From NCBI GenBank assembly GCA_002269645.1, contig NIVC01000596.1, positions 1 to 64,000 of the forward strand: a stretch of 64,000 nt of DNA, given 5' to 3'. The notes under the pieces are model-generated. The model did no database searches. It saw nothing but the letters and a program-made list of their open reading frames with translations, and was not told where the DNA came from. Source of the DNA: Macrostomum lignano (Eukaryota). This document shows, piece by piece, positions 35,801 to 49,803 of this stretch (positions within the stretch are counted from its first letter, which is position 1; each line of letters opens with the position of its first letter). The position numbers and the translations under genes are program-made.

Positions 35801-38800
35801 GCGCAGGCGAAGTGGCTGCCAAAGCCAACAATCACATTTGTTCCGTTGGAATCGCTTATAACGCTAAGATTGGCGGTAAGCTTGGGAGTTGTTTGTTTGG
35901 CTGGCGTCCCCCAAAAAGAAATCCTTTCTACGCCCCCTGTAAAACGCCCGCCGTTTGTTCTATTCAGGTGTTCGGATGCTGGACGGCCCCATCACTGACC
36001 ACGCCGAGGCTTCCTCGTTGCATTTCAACCAGCATCACGTGGACATCTATTCGGCCTCTTGGGGCCCGGACGACGACGGTCGGACAGTGGACGGGCCCGG
36101 CCGGCTGGCTAAGGCCGCGTTTGAGGAAGGGGTTACTAAGGTAAATGAAACTAATATTAAATACTGATACCAGATTCTAGACTCGCCAAAAATCCATGTC
36201 CCTGATTCCCCAACCCCCAGACCCCCAACCTCCAGATCCCCAACCTCCTAGGTTCCCAACTTCCCAGTTCCCCAACCCCCAGATCCCCAACCCTCAGATC
36301 CCCAACCTCCAGATCCCCAACCTCCTAGGTTCCCAACCTCCCAGTTCCCCAACCCCCAGATCCCCAACCCCCAGATCCCCAACCCTCAGATCCCCAACCT
36401 CCAGATCCCCAACCTCCTAGGTTCCCAACCTCCCAGTTCCCCAACCCCAGATCCCCAACCCCCAAATCCCCAACTTCCCAGATCCCCAACCCCCAGATCC
36501 CCAACCTCCAGATCCCCAACCCCAGATCCCCAACCCCCAGATCCCCAACCCCCAGATCCCAAACCCCCAGATCCCAAACCCTCAGATCCCCAACCTCCAG
36601 ATCCCCAGCCCCCAAATCCCCAACCCCCAGATCCCAAACCCCCAGATCCCCAACCCTCAGATCCCCAACCTCCAGATCCCCAGCCCCCAAATCCCTAACC
36701 CCCAGATCCCCAACCCCCAGATCCCCAACCCTCAGATCCCCAACCCCCAGATCCCCAACCCCAGATCCCCAACCCCCAGATCCCCAACCCCAGATCCCCA
36801 ACCCCAGATCCCCAACCCCCAGATCCCCAACCCCCAGATCCCCAACTCCAGATCCCCAACCCCCAGATCCCCAACCCCAGATCCCCAACCTCCAGATCCC
36901 CAACCCCCAGATCCCCAACCCCAGATCCCCAACCCCAGATCCCCAACCCCAGATCCCCAACCCCAGATCCCCAACCCCAGATCCCCAACCCCAGATCCCC
37001 AACCCCAGATCCCCAACCCCAGATCCCCAACCCCCAGATCCCCAACCCCAGATCCCCAACCCCCAGATCCCAAACCCCCAGATCCCAAACCCCCAGATCC
37101 CCAACCCTCAGATCCCCAACCTCCCGGCATCTAAAATCCAGTTCAACCCCATCGATGCCACAGGGCCGCGGCGGCCTCGGCAACATATTCGTGTGGGCAT
37201 CCGGCAATGGCGGCCAGAAATCCGACAGCTGCGGTTGCGACGGCTACACTAACAGCATTTACACCCTGAGCGTCAGCAGCGTTACTCAGCACAATTTGAA
37301 GCCTTGGTACCTGGAGGAGTGCGCCAGTACATTGGCGTCCACTTATAGCAGCGGCACCATTGGCGATGCGCAAGTTGTATCTACAGACCTCAATGGCCAG
37401 TGCACCAGCACGCACACTGGCACGTCAGCGTCCGCTCCTATTGCCGCCGCTATCCTGGCTCTGGTGCTTGAAGCCAATCGGAATGTCACTTGGCGCGACG
37501 CTCAGCACATCACCGTGCTTGGCGCCGATTCTAGCTTCTTGACAGACGCTGATTGGTTATCAAACCAGGCCGGGCTGAAGTCGTCTAGAAAGTACGGCTT
37601 CGGGATGATGTCGGCGGATCGCATGGTCATGCTGGCCAAGATGTGGGCGCGGCCGGTGCCGCCTCTGGTGCGGTGCCCCGGACAGGCAGTGATCGTGAAT
37701 CGCAGCGTGCCGCCAAGCGGGCCGCTAACTGTGCCAGTGGTTAGCGACGGATGCGGCGGCACAGTTGGCATGCTGGAGTCTGTGCAACTGCACGTTGATA
37801 TGACATTTACTAATAGGGGGCAGTTGCAGGTGAGTGCTGTTCATGTTTTACTATTGTTATCTAGTCCTGTTCATTATTTACCAATCCTGTCTAGCATTCA
37901 CCAATCCTGTCCAGCATTCACCAATCCTGTCTAGCATTCACCAATCCTGTCCAGCATTCACCAATCCTGTCCAGCATTCACCAATCCTGTCTAGCATTCA
38001 CCAATCCTGTATAGCATTCACCAATCCTGTCTAGCATTCACCAATCCTGTCCAGCATTCACCAATCCTGTCCAGCATTCACCAATCCTGTCTAGCATTCA
38101 CCAATCCTGTCCAGCATTCACCAATCCTGTCCAGCATTCACCAATCCTGTCCAGCATTCACCAATCTTGTCTAGCATTCACCAATCCTTTCATTAGTCAC
38201 CAAACCTTACTTCCCGTTCACGACCCCTTTCTATATTCACTAACCTCGTTCCAGATTCACACAACCCCGGTTCAGATTCGCCAACCCCGGTTCAGATTCA
38301 CCAACCCCGTTTTATATTCACCAACCCCGCTACCTATTTACCAACCATGATCACCATCGCCACACTTTTTATTCACCGTTGCCGTAGGTGTCGCTAGTGT
38401 CGCCCGGCGGCACCCGCTCTTTACTGCTGGCGCCTCGAAAACTCGACGGCAACAACGGCGACTGCGGCTTCCAGAAGTGGCCGTTCATGTCCGTGCAGTT
38501 CTGGCGTGAACGGCCGGCCGGCCAGTGGCAGGTGGTTATCGAGAACACCGGCAGCCCCGCGAACTCGGGCACGGTGAAATCCGTCACCCTGGTGCTGCAC
38601 GGCACGGCCGGCGAGCCAATCAGCTTGCGTCGAATTCAACCGCCTCTTCCTGATTGGCTGGCGCCGTACAGTCACACAATGGGGGTGCGCCACTCTGTGC
38701 TGTTTGAGAACTTTCTATTCTTTATTTCTAGTAACTTTGTCAACTTTTATTTTATTTATTTATTCCTTTAAATACTGAGGATGTCCCACTCTGGTCCCAG

Positions 38801-41287
38801 ATCCCTAAGTGTAGCTTAGGCCAGTGATCCCAGATCCCTGAGTGTAGCTTAGGCCAGTGGTCCCAGATCCCTGAGTGTAGCTTAGGCCAGTGATCCCAGA
38901 TCCCTGAGTGTAGCTTAGGCCAGTGATCCCAGATCCCTGAGTGTAGCTTAGGCCAGTGGTCCCAGATCCCTGAGTGTAGCTTAGGCCAGTGATCCCAGAT
39001 CCCTGAGTGTAGCTTAGGCCAGTGATCCCAGATTCCTGAGTGTAGCTTAGGCCAGTGATCCCAGATCCCTGAGTGTAGCTTAGGCCAGTGGTCCCAGATT
39101 CCTGAGTGTAGCTTAGGCCAGTGATCCCAGATCCCTGAGTGTAGCTTAGGCCAGTGGTCCCAGATCCCTGAGTGTAGCTTAGGCCAGTGATCCCAGATCC
39201 TTCAGTGAATCCCCCCCCCTCCCAACGATCCCAGGTTTATTAGCCATTGTCTGACCAACAGACCCTTGATTTGCAAGTACCTGACAATGCTTTTCTACTT
39301 TATTCTTTCTCTCAGGCCCATCAACAAAGAAATTCAGCACAAGTAGAGCACGATTTGGACTGGTCAAATGATGATGACCAGACAAATTACATATATAAGC
39401 TTTGTTACCAAGCAGTTCTTTTCATCCGACAAATGCAACGAAGTTTTAGGAATTATTATTGAATCAGTTGATTTGTTATTAGAAACAGTTATTACTAAAT
39501 ATGTTGACAGATTTACAAGGGTTCAGTTGGTTGATGGGCAAGTTTTGTTTGTACCCAACTCGTCAATGCAGTCTTTTTCTGATCTGTTTTTTTGTACCCA
39601 AAGAAGGTCTGACAAAATTTCATCTGTAGCCTTTCAAAACTGCTCATAACTATAATTCATCTTTCATCTTTCAGTCAAGTCAATATAACAATAACTTTTT
39701 TAGGCTAATTTTCTCTGTTTCTCGGAAACCTTTTTGCAGATTTTTTGTGTTAGTTTTTTTCTCTATGTTTATTGCTGTTGTTGTTGTTATGAAAAATTGA
39801 AATGAAGCTCATTTCATATACAGGCCGGCTACCTGTGTCACGCCGACTGTCGCACCTGTGCCGGGCCCGGACAGGCCAACTGCACCGGCTGTCAATCTGG
39901 CCGACTACTACTGCAAGATGAGCGCACCTGTTATTTAGGTTCCACCTGTCCGACCGGCTACAGCCAGTCTACTGACGACGGGGTCAACCGGTGCATTCCA
40001 TGCCGATTGGCCAACTGCTCCAACTGTCTGACCGCTAACAGCTGCCACGCCTGTCTGCCTGGCAGTGGCCTGCTTGCCGCCGGGCCCCTCGGCTGTTTAT
40101 CCCAGTGTCCGGACGGCAGCTATCCGGACACTCTGGCCGGCCGGTGCCGGCCATGCTACTCGGCCAATTGTTCTCGCTGCGACCGACCTCGCCAGTGTAG
40201 TAGGTGCAAGCCCGGACACCTACTACTGTCCGGTATCGACTGTCCGACTAGCTGTCCGGCCAGCGGTTTCTATGCCGATTCGGCTGGCCGAGCCTGTTTG
40301 CCGTGTCCGGATCGATGCGACCGATGCAACGGGCCCAGTCTGAAGACTCAGTGCCAGGCATGCAGGCCGCCGCTTGTAGCCGCTGCCATCTCTGGCGGCA
40401 GCGTCGGGTCGTGTGTGGATTTGTCGCCGACTCCAAATCCGACAACTTCTGCGTTAGCCTGCGACCCCCCGATCAGCGGTTGTTTGTCGTGCTTATCGAA
40501 TACTACGGGAGCCGCGTGCGCTACCTGCCTGTCCGGGTTCAGTCTGCACCAAGGCCGGTGCGTGTCCGCCTGTCCGGCCGGTCTGCGGTCCTGTCCTCTC
40601 CTAGTAGGCGGCGGCGGCAGCACTGTCTGCGTCCCCTGTAGCAACTGTTCCCAGGCTGTGTGCGCCTCACTGCCCAGTCCGCTGTGCGGCATCGGCAGCT
40701 ACCCAGCTTCAATAGATGCTGCGTCAACAACAGCCGATTGTCGCAGCTGTCATCCGAGCTGTCGCAGCTGTAGCAGCGGTGGAGGCCCGGACAAATGTCT
40801 GACTTGTCGCCGAGGCATTGCCTGCCTACTGGCTGGCCGGTGCCTTCGCTGCTGTCCAGCCGGAGTCCCGGCCAGTCTAGCAGTCAACGCTGACAGCTTC
40901 TTCAAATCAATGATGCCTAACGACTGTGTACAGTGCCGGCCAGGCTATGACAGCTGTCCGACTGCTGGGTCTGATAACTCAACTAAGCTGCCTACAGATG
41001 ATAGCGGCAGCGATATTAACGCGGATTTAACAGCCAATGCTCAGCGGGTTCTGTACGCTCTGCTATGCATTGCGACTGTTGTTGTTATTGTCTGCCTGTT
41101 TGCCTATTGTATGTGCGCTTCGGCCAGCAGCAGTCACGGCAGCGACATGTACAGTAGTGGCCGGAGCTGCACTGCTAGAGATGCCAGGAAGCTGACCACG
41201 GCCAGTTACAGCAGGCTGGACCAGCAGGAGTTCTCGCCAGACAGAGAGCTGCCGGCTTTCACTAACGGCTTCTCTACTAAGTTGTAG
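32898..41287 (+). CDS. Furin-like proprotein convertase (PCSK5/6, furin-2 type; type I membrane), ~1084 aa; exons 32898-33463, 35787-35875, 35968-36140, 37164-37829, 38388-38684, 39824-41287
   Basis: Signal peptide; prodomain ending RVKR; S8 catalytic motifs [30 protein letters not shown]; P domain; long Cys-rich furin-like repeats; TM helix ([20 protein letters not shown]); tail with YSRL. All junctions are GT-AG and phase-consistent. Confidence 0.95.
33525..33890. repeat. 31-bp minisatellite in convertase intron 1
   Basis: (GGGATTACTGATGGGGCTGGGTGTGGCATCT)n and variants. Confidence 0.92.
34395..35505. repeat. 22-bp minisatellite in convertase intron 1
   Basis: (CCCTTTCCCTAATGCCATGTGG)n, about 50 units. 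Confidence 0.95.
36195..37130. repeat. 14-15-bp C-rich minisatellite in convertase intron 3
   Basis: (CCCCAGATCCCCAAC)n. Confidence 0.95.
37880..38345. repeat. 20-bp minisatellite in convertase intron 4
   Basis: (CCAATCCTGTCTAGCATTCA)n, decaying at the 3' end. Confidence 0.92.
38790..39200. repeat. 33-bp minisatellite in convertase intron 5
   Basis: (CAGATCCCTGAGTGTAGCTTAGGCCAGTGGTCC)n, about 12 units. Confidence 0.95.
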
Positions 41288-41404
41288 GGCTTGTTGGCTG
41301 TGTTAAAATTGTATGTACATATTGAATGTTAGCTCCGTGTCTGTTTAGTCATTGGACAGACCAATCTTGATGTGAGTCTTTCTGATATTCACGTACACTA
41401 AATC

Positions 41405-41975
41405 TACAGCTGGATTGCTAGACTAGCCAGGTTGCTTAATATATGATTACAAGTGGATTGCTAGACTAGCCAGGTTGCTTAATATATAAGATTACAAGTG
41501 GATTGCTAGACTAGCCAGGTTGCTTAATATATAAGATTACAAGTGGATTGCTAGACTAGCCAGTTTGCTTAATATATGATTACAAGTGGATTGCTAGACT
41601 AGCCAGGTTGCTTAATATATAAGATTACAAGTGGATTGCTAGACTAGCCAGGTTGCTTAATATATAAGATTCCAAGTGAATTGCTAGACTAGCCAGTTTG
41701 ATTAATAAATAAGATTACAAGTGGATTGCTAGACTAGCCAGTTTGCTTAATATATGGATTTCAAGTGGATTGCTAGACTAGCCAATTTGCTTAATATATA
41801 GGATTCCAAGTGGATTGCTAGACTAGCCAATTTTCTCAATATATAAGATTCCAAGTGGATTGCTAGACTAGCCAATTTGCTTAATATATTAGATTCCAAG
41901 TGGATTGCTAGACTAGCCAACTTGCATAACAATAATAACATATAGGATTCTAAGCGGATTGCTAGACGAGCCAAT
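41405..41975. repeat. 43-45-bp minisatellite downstream of the convertase stop
   Basis: (AGTGGATTGCTAGACTAGCCAGGTTGCTTAATATATAAGATTACA)n. Confidence 0.92.
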
Positions 41976-42715
41976 GTCATAATAACAAAATAATTATTTA
42001 TACGGAGCGCCCATTTACCAGCCAATTCAGCGTAAAATCTGTGCTTACAACTAACGCCCTTGTGATTTCGTTAAAAAACATGTTAAACAAAGAATGTCAT
42101 TCGAGTAAAGATATGCAAACATTGTTGATATTTTATAACCTCGTGATTAAATTCGATTTGTTGCTGCGGTTTAGTTACTCTCTGCACGCTTACTCGAGCA
42201 CTAAGACTAAATTTGTAATACTTTTTGCAGTATAAAACTCGCTTGTGTCAAATGATTTATAATTTACCTGCATGACTATTCAATTCCTTGAGAAGTCGGT
42301 CTCTAGTCTGCTTTTAACAGTAGAACTACCAAGTACTCATACGGTTGCTGTTTTGAGTTATTTCTCATTTGCCTAATAAATTCTTTGTAGTCCTACTGTC
42401 TAAATTGAAACCTTTTTGTTTAAATTCTTCTGTCTAAGTCTAAGAGCACTCTTTGATATCCGAGTATGTTCGTTTTTAATTGTCAAATTTTTTTCCATTT
42501 CGAATATTTCAAAACGCTCAGTTTCCATCTGTTTACCTGCAAGCATTTTGCATCGTTGTTTGAAGCATTCGGTTTGATGTGTGCTGCTTTGTTTTAATCC
42601 AGTGCTGGATTAGTTTTAATCTAATGGTCCACAAAATTAGGTAGGAATTAATTCAGGAATTCACCTCTTCGGTCTTGGTTATCACTCCGAACGAGCTCTG
42701 CGCTTCTCTGCTTGC

Positions 42716-43175
<460 letters not shown>

Positions 43176-44248
43176 AGCATGTATTCAGTTAGACACCCGC
43201 AGCTACTTATAAATAAGCACAAGTGTCCGGGTGCATATGATATATAGCATAATACAGATTATTTAATTATGTATCCTTATTTAGATTAATAAAATTGGTC
43301 TGTCTGTCTCGTGACGTATGCAATAATGTCCTGATTGAACTCGTGAATTCAGCAGGAATTAGATTAAATAATTTCTGTTTAGTCCTATAATTGCATACAT
43401 GCTTACTAAACTTGAAACTTAACCCGCCTGCCTTTGTGTTTGCAACATTTGATTTCCTCTCCAGTAGCTAGACTAGGCGGTGTCTGGTAAGCACCGTGTG
43501 TGTGCTACAAAATCTGACTCAGTTTAGCAACCATGGCTTTCAAAGTAGAATCAAATTGAGACAATGGTTTTTATTCGGGAAACCCGCATGATTTAAATGT
43601 AATTATGCTTTAATTTTCTAGCTGTCAAAATCTTGAGTCGATTATTAATAAACAATGCTAACAGATTTATTTTTCAATTGTTTTATCGTGCCTAAGCAGT
43701 TTGTTTCCTGTGCTTCACTTTTAATTTTTATTATTCATACTATATAGGATAATTAGCGTAGATAAGAACTTTTTCGATAAGAGTGATGACACACTATATT
43801 TTCGTGTGCCGATAGCCTACTTTTAGTAGAATAATAAATAACTGCAGAAGGGCTGCTGGCGTTGTCCCACAACCACAGCCAACATTGAGGCAATTTTGCC
43901 CATTCCGCGGGCTCCTGAGCACACACAAGAGTGCCAATACTGTACTCAGACACACATTCATGCACCGCTCACACGGGGTGTACAGTGGCACTCTCACTGT
44001 CTAATTATCAGTCATGTACACTCTCTGGTCCTTGAGGGTTTTCTATTTCATAAAAGAATGCTTACACATGCTTCCTTACTACTGAGCTGAAGTAATTAGA
44101 GGAAACCTGTTTTAAAGCTAAATTAAAACTGACAATTAATCATGATGTACCTGCTCGTCAAATATTCCAGCCGCGTTGCCCCTGACAACGCAGCGCAGCC
44201 GGTGGTTCTAACAGCGCCAGAATCCAGCTGCCGCCCCCCCCCCTCATC

Positions 44249-47200
44249 ATGGACTCCGACTCCGACGAATTCGGCGGCTCCGACGACAACAAAGCCCTGA
44301 TTGATCGACGACATTTGAACGGATCCAACAGAAACTTCACTAATTATAACAATAACAATGGCAAGCATAGCAGTAGCGAGAGCCCTACTAGCAGTAGGCA
44401 CCATAGAAAGCGTCAACCGAAACGGAATCGACCAGTCGCAGGGGCGGCCGCTTTGAATTCAACAACGACAACGTCCGACGATGTCGAATCGTCGACGTCA
44501 AGACGATCGTCGTCGCGCTGCTGCGGTAGCGGCCGTAGAGCATTCGATCTGTACGCCGGCATGTCTCTGGCAGGGGTCGCCTGCGGCCTGGCATTGGCCA
44601 TGCCCGGCCCCACTCTGCTGGCTTTGGAGAACTCCACCGGGTCGCGCGAGGATCAAGTTGTCCTGCTGTTCGCTGGCCGAGCTGTCGGCGGTCTTGGCGG
44701 CGCCTTGCTCGGCCGGTTTCTGGCCGAGTTCGCCTCACCCAGGGTGCTGGGCTCGGCCGGGCTGGCCGGGGCCTGCATTGGCAGTCTGCTGGTGCTGCTG
44801 TGCGACAAGATCTGGTCGCTGATGCCCGCCTTCGCTGTGCAGGTGGGCCTGGCGGCGGATTGCTAGACTGTTGCAGTCAGAGTGGATTGCAAGACTGTAG
44901 CAGTCAGAGTGGATTGCTAGACTGTTGCAGTCAGAGTGGATTGCTAGACTGTAGCAGTCAGAGTGGATTGCTAGACTGTAGCAGTCAGAGTGGATTGCTA
45001 GACTGTAGCAGTCAGAGTGGATTGCTAGACTGTTGCAGTCAGAGTGGATTGCTAGACTGTAGCAGTCAGAGTGGATTGCTAGACTGTAGCAGTCAGAGTG
45101 GATTGCTAGACTGTTGCAGTCAGAGTGGATTGCTAGACTGTTGCAGTCAGAGTGGATTGCTAGACTGTTGCAGTCAGAGTGGATTGCTAGACTGTAGCAG
45201 TCAGAGTGGATTGCTAGACTGTGGTCATTAGGATTAGAATAGTTTTTCAGTCCATCTGATGATAATATATTTTCATATGTAATTTAATCCCACCCGACCG
45301 TTCCTCAGGGATTCGGATTGCTGCTCTGCCTAAGCGCTGCATCAGCCGTGTTCCAGCATCACTACTCGTCTAGCGGACTGCCTCGCCGCCTGTTTCTGGC
45401 CGCCAGCGCTCTTGGCATGCTGCTGGCGCCTTTGACCGCTCTCGCCTACGGCGGCAGCGGAGTCGGCGGCGGCCTCGTGCCCGGCAACGTCACCCTGCTG
45501 CGTCAGCACAAAGACCTCCGCATGCTGACCGGCCTCGACTCCCGTTCCGGTCGAGCCGTCAGATCTGCTTCCGCTGGATTGAGCAATGTGGCAGCAGCTT
45601 TGCAGTCTTCTGCTGCTGAACTGCCGTCTGTAGCTAGCGCTCAGTTGAAGCCTTTGGTTGCAGCTCCGCAGCCTTCAGTTGCAGCTCCGCAGCCTTCAGT
45701 TGCAGCTCCGCAGCCTTCGGTTGCAGCTCCGCAGTCTTCGGTTGCAGCTCCGCAGCCTTCAGTTGCAGCTCCGCAGCCTTCAGTTGCAGCTCCGCAGCCT
45801 TCGGTTGCAGCTCCGCAGCCTTCAGTTGCAGCTCCGCAGCCTTCGGTTGCAGCTCCAGCATCCTCTGCAGTTGCAGCTTCATCTGCAGCACCGCCGCCGG
45901 CCCCGCAGAAGTCCAAGAAGCCGGGTATCACGGATAGCCAGCAGTTGAATCAGTCGCCGCACGTAGCAGACGGCAGCGTGTCTGGCAACAAAGTGAAGCT
46001 TCACAAAGAAGCCCAGCGGTTTGGCCAAATTCACAAAGAGCAACACGCCGCCGCCTCGGCGGGCAGCTTTTCTGGCGTGAAAAGCTCGTCAGTGCCGCAA
46101 CCTGCTCTTAATTCTACCACAAGTCCTGGCATTCAGGCGAATTCCACAGAATTTCCTGGAATCAATTCGACTGCGAATATTTCTGTGACAGTTGCTCCGA
46201 AACCGGATATTGTTAACAATACTGGCTATACAATTACAAAGACGGCTACAAAGACTAGTGTAGTAGTGAGTGCAGCAATCGATACCGAAGGATCAATAGA
46301 GACTACCGTTAGTTCAACAGAACCTACTGCTAGTACAACAAAGACTACTGCTAGCACGACAAAGACTACTGATAGCACAACAAAGACTACTGATAGCACA
46401 ACAAAGACTACTGCTAGCACGACAAAGACTACTGATAGCACGACAAAGACTATTGCTAGCACGACAAAGACTATTGATAGCACGACAAAGACTACTGCTA
46501 GCACGATAAAGACTACTGATAGCACGACAAAGACTACTGATAGCACGACAAAGACTACTGATAGCACGACAAAGGCTCCAGCTGTAACTAGTAGCTCCCC
46601 CACTACGAACACAAAGACTTACACTACGTCGTCAATTTGGGCAACTACACTGACAACAACAATACCGGGGCAGTCAGCAACGCTGTCGTCACCTAAACCG
46701 ACGCCCACTGCGTCTCCGGCATCGGCTGCTCTTGCCTACTGGCGCGGCCTGAGCTCGTTGCAGACTCTGTACATCGTCCTGGCCTGCGCAGCCGCTATTG
46801 CTGCTCTGCTGCTGGCAGTCTGCTCATGCAGCTGTCCAGCCTACCAGTTCCCCAGCGCTTCTTCCTCCTCGGCCGCAGCCAACGCCGCCCTGTCGTCGGT
46901 GACCATGTCGGCTGATCACGTGATCATGCGGGTCTGCCTTTTCTGCGCCGGCTTCTGCCTGCACGGCCTCGAGGTGACGCTGGGCGGCTATCTGTTTAGC
47001 TATTCGGTTCGTTATCTGGGCCTGACAGTTCGATCCGGCTTGCTAATTACCGGATTAATGTACCTGGGCATGCTGCTGTCCCGCCTGCTGGCCCTGTGCT
47101 GCTGTCTGCGTTGTCTGCGCGCCCCGGCTCTGCAGCTGGGCTTGAACTCCGTCTTGCTGACTGTCGGTGTGGCCCTGTTCTGGCCAGCTGGCCACGCCTG

Positions 47201-48194
47201 GCTGTGGGCCGCCGCTCTGCTTACCGGAGTCGGACTGGCGCCTATGCTCACGGGTCTGGTGGACCTGTGCGAACGGCTATTGTCCTATGGCAACTTTAGG
47301 TGACTATTTTATATGGCTGGTGGCTTAATTCTCAAAGCTTCAGACCTTCAGACCAAATCTCCAATCCCTCAATCCCCCAATCCCCAAATCCCTCAATCCC
47401 CAATCCCCATATCCCTCAATCCCCCAATCCCCAAATCCCCCAATCCCCAAATCCCCCAATCCCCAAATCCCTCAATCCCCAATCCCCAAATCCCTCAATC
47501 CCCAATCCCCATATCCCTCAATCCCCAATCCCCATATCCCTCAATCCCCCAATCCCCAAATCCCTCAATTCCCAATCCCCAAATCCCTCAATCCCCAATC
47601 CCCATATCCCTCAATCCCCCAATCCCCAAATCCCTCAATCCCCAATCCCCATATCCCTCAATCCCCAATCCCCATATCCCTCAATTCCTGATTCCACAAA
47701 TCCCCAATCCCAAATCACCAATCTAAAGTCCCTCAATCCTCAAAGCCATACATCCCTAACTTTCGATTCGCATTCCGATCCTAAACCAGTTCTCCCAGAG
47801 CGCCCATATCTGAGACCTCGCCCCACCCCCCTTGCCCACCAGGTGCGCAGCCGTGTTCCTCATCTGCGGCCAGCTGACAGGCGAAATGCTGGTGCCGGCG
47901 CTCACCGGCTACCTGCACCGGGCCACGTCCAGCCCAGGCGTCCTGGTGCGAGTGACCAGCCCGCTCCTGCTGGTCGGCCTGTGCTCAGTTGGCGCCGTCT
48001 GCGCTCTGGCCAAGACTCGCTTCGCCTCGTCGGCATCCGCTCGGCATCTGCGGGTAGCCGGCGCCGGCGGCGTCGGAGTTGACGACGTCTACGACTGCGA
48101 TGGCGACAGCGGCGGCGAATCGAACGAAGAATTCGACATGACGGAATTGTTGCGCGGCAATAACGGCGGCCGGGGCGGCGCCGCGGCGATTTGA
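44249..48194 (+). CDS. Major facilitator superfamily transporter, MFSD4-like, with large Ser/Thr/Pro-rich insert, ~978 aa; exons 44249-44842, 45309-47299, 47843-48194
   Basis: Multiple hydrophobic helices; first helix ends GPTLLAL as in the MFSD4/FucP-type GPTL motif; later segment GLEVTLGGYLFSYSV. Junctions CAG|GTGGGC, TTCCTCAG|, AG|GTGACT, CCACCAG| keep frame (phases 0, 2). The start codon is the best guess. Confidence 0.82.
44858..45225. repeat. 27-bp minisatellite in MFS intron 1
   Basis: (AGTGGATTGCTAGACTGTAGCAGTCAG)n, about 13 units. Confidence 0.95.
47360..47710. repeat. C-rich 7-8-bp composite repeat in MFS intron 2
   Basis: Mixed TCCCCAA / TCCCTCAA / TCCCCATA units. Confidence 0.9.
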
Positions 48195-48344
48195 GAGGCC
48201 GTCATTGAGAACGGAATCGAATCTGATTTCTGGGTGCGTTTGCATCTTGTGCGATTCTTATTTATTTGCCTGTGAAGACTAGCAGTGTGTCTGCACCATG
48301 ATGTGTCCTGTCTCTGTCCGTCTGCCTTTCTGCAACTATCTAAC

Positions 48345-48960
48345 CTGCCTAGCTACCTACCTACCTTCATACTTGCCACTTACACCTACCTACCTACCTA
48401 CCTACCTACCTACCTACCTACCTACCTACCTACCTACCTACCTACCTAACCACCTACCAACCTACCTACCTAGCTACCTACCTACCTACCTACCTACCTA
48501 CCTACCTACCTACCTACCTAACTACCTGACTACCTACTAACCTACCTACCTAGCTACTTACCTACCTACCTACCTACCTACCTACCTACGTACCTAACTA
48601 CATAACTACCTACTAACCTACCTACCTAGCTACTTACCTACCTACCTACCTAGCTACTTACCTACCTACCTACCTACCTACCTACCTACCTACCTACTTA
48701 GCTAACTACCTTCCTATCTACGTACCTACCTACCTACCTATCAACCATATTTACCTTGCGTACCTACTACCTACCTGTTTATCTACCTAGCTATCTTACA
48801 TATCTACCCTACCAAACTACCGTACTTGTTTACCTTACCTCCCTGCTCCCTACTTACATGTGTACCTACCTATCTATTTACTTATCCATGTATAACCTGC
48901 CTACACACAAGGCTAAATACCCTACGTCCCCTACCTACGCTACCCTATATCTGTACCTAC
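48345..48960. repeat. (TACC)n microsatellite, decaying
   Basis: Tetramer run downstream of the MFS stop. Confidence 0.92.
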
Positions 48961-49575
48961 CACACTATCTACCTATTTGCCCACTTTACCCACCCCACTT
49001 ATACGCCTACGGTTCTACCCACTTTTAGTGATTAGCAACCTAATGACCATAACTTTATCTATCTATCTATTTCCAAGTGTCTGTGTGTCCGTCTCTCATT
49101 CTTTCTTTGGCAACGACCAACAGAATGTATCCTGCCCCTTATTTTAGTCCACTACAGTGCACTAAATGTGCGCAAAACTTTATCATCACAAAATTTACCC
49201 AGCAATAATCTTTTAGCTTAGTTCTTTTGTAAAACATTTTGCTGTGTGACTTTTCATTAATTAACTTTTGCTTCGTTTTTACCACCTTTAACATAATTTT
49301 CACCCGCAAAAAAATACGCTCAGGCACTCTTTTCAGTAGCAAAATTAGCTTTTTTTGCCTCTATAATACAAGGAAATATGTATTGTTGAATTTTGCACGA
49401 TATTAAAGTTTTTAAAGCTGCAACAATCGCCTTTGGCTTTCTACAAGCAGAACCAATAAATTAACGTCTTTGTTCTGTTTGAAGCTGCACCCAAATCTAG
49501 TGTGTTGCATAGCAAGCAATTGAGAAAGGGGGGGGGGTGGCGTTCAGCCTCCAGCCAGAGTGATAAACAGTTAGG

Positions 49576-49803
49576 CTAACTTCAATTTCTCTCTTTACTC
49601 CTCTCTCATTGGCTGAGCTAGATAGGGCCTGCCCCCTAGGCTGAGTTTCGTCCGTCTAACTTTAATTTTTTCTCCCTTACTGCTCTCTCATTGGCTGAGC
49701 TTGATTGGGCCTGCCCCCCTAGCTGAGTTTCGTCCGTCTAACTTGGACTTCTCTCCTTACTGCTCTCTCATTGGCTGAGCCAGATTGGGCCTGCCCCCCT
49801 AGT
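49576..49803. repeat. ~80-bp unit x3
   Basis: Three copies starting at 49576, 49656 and 49738, each containing CTCTCTCATTGGCTGAGC...GGGCCTGCCCCCTAG. Confidence 0.85.

Noticed and set aside
36196-37207. Gly/Trp-rich and Pro-rich ORFs (GWGSG, PQIPNP)
   Set aside because: Translations of the C-rich repeat inside convertase intron 3; flanking exons join in frame without it. The same applies to ORFs at 23081-23662, 25969-26427, 42675-43222, 47300-47726, 53432-54139 and 55300-60690.
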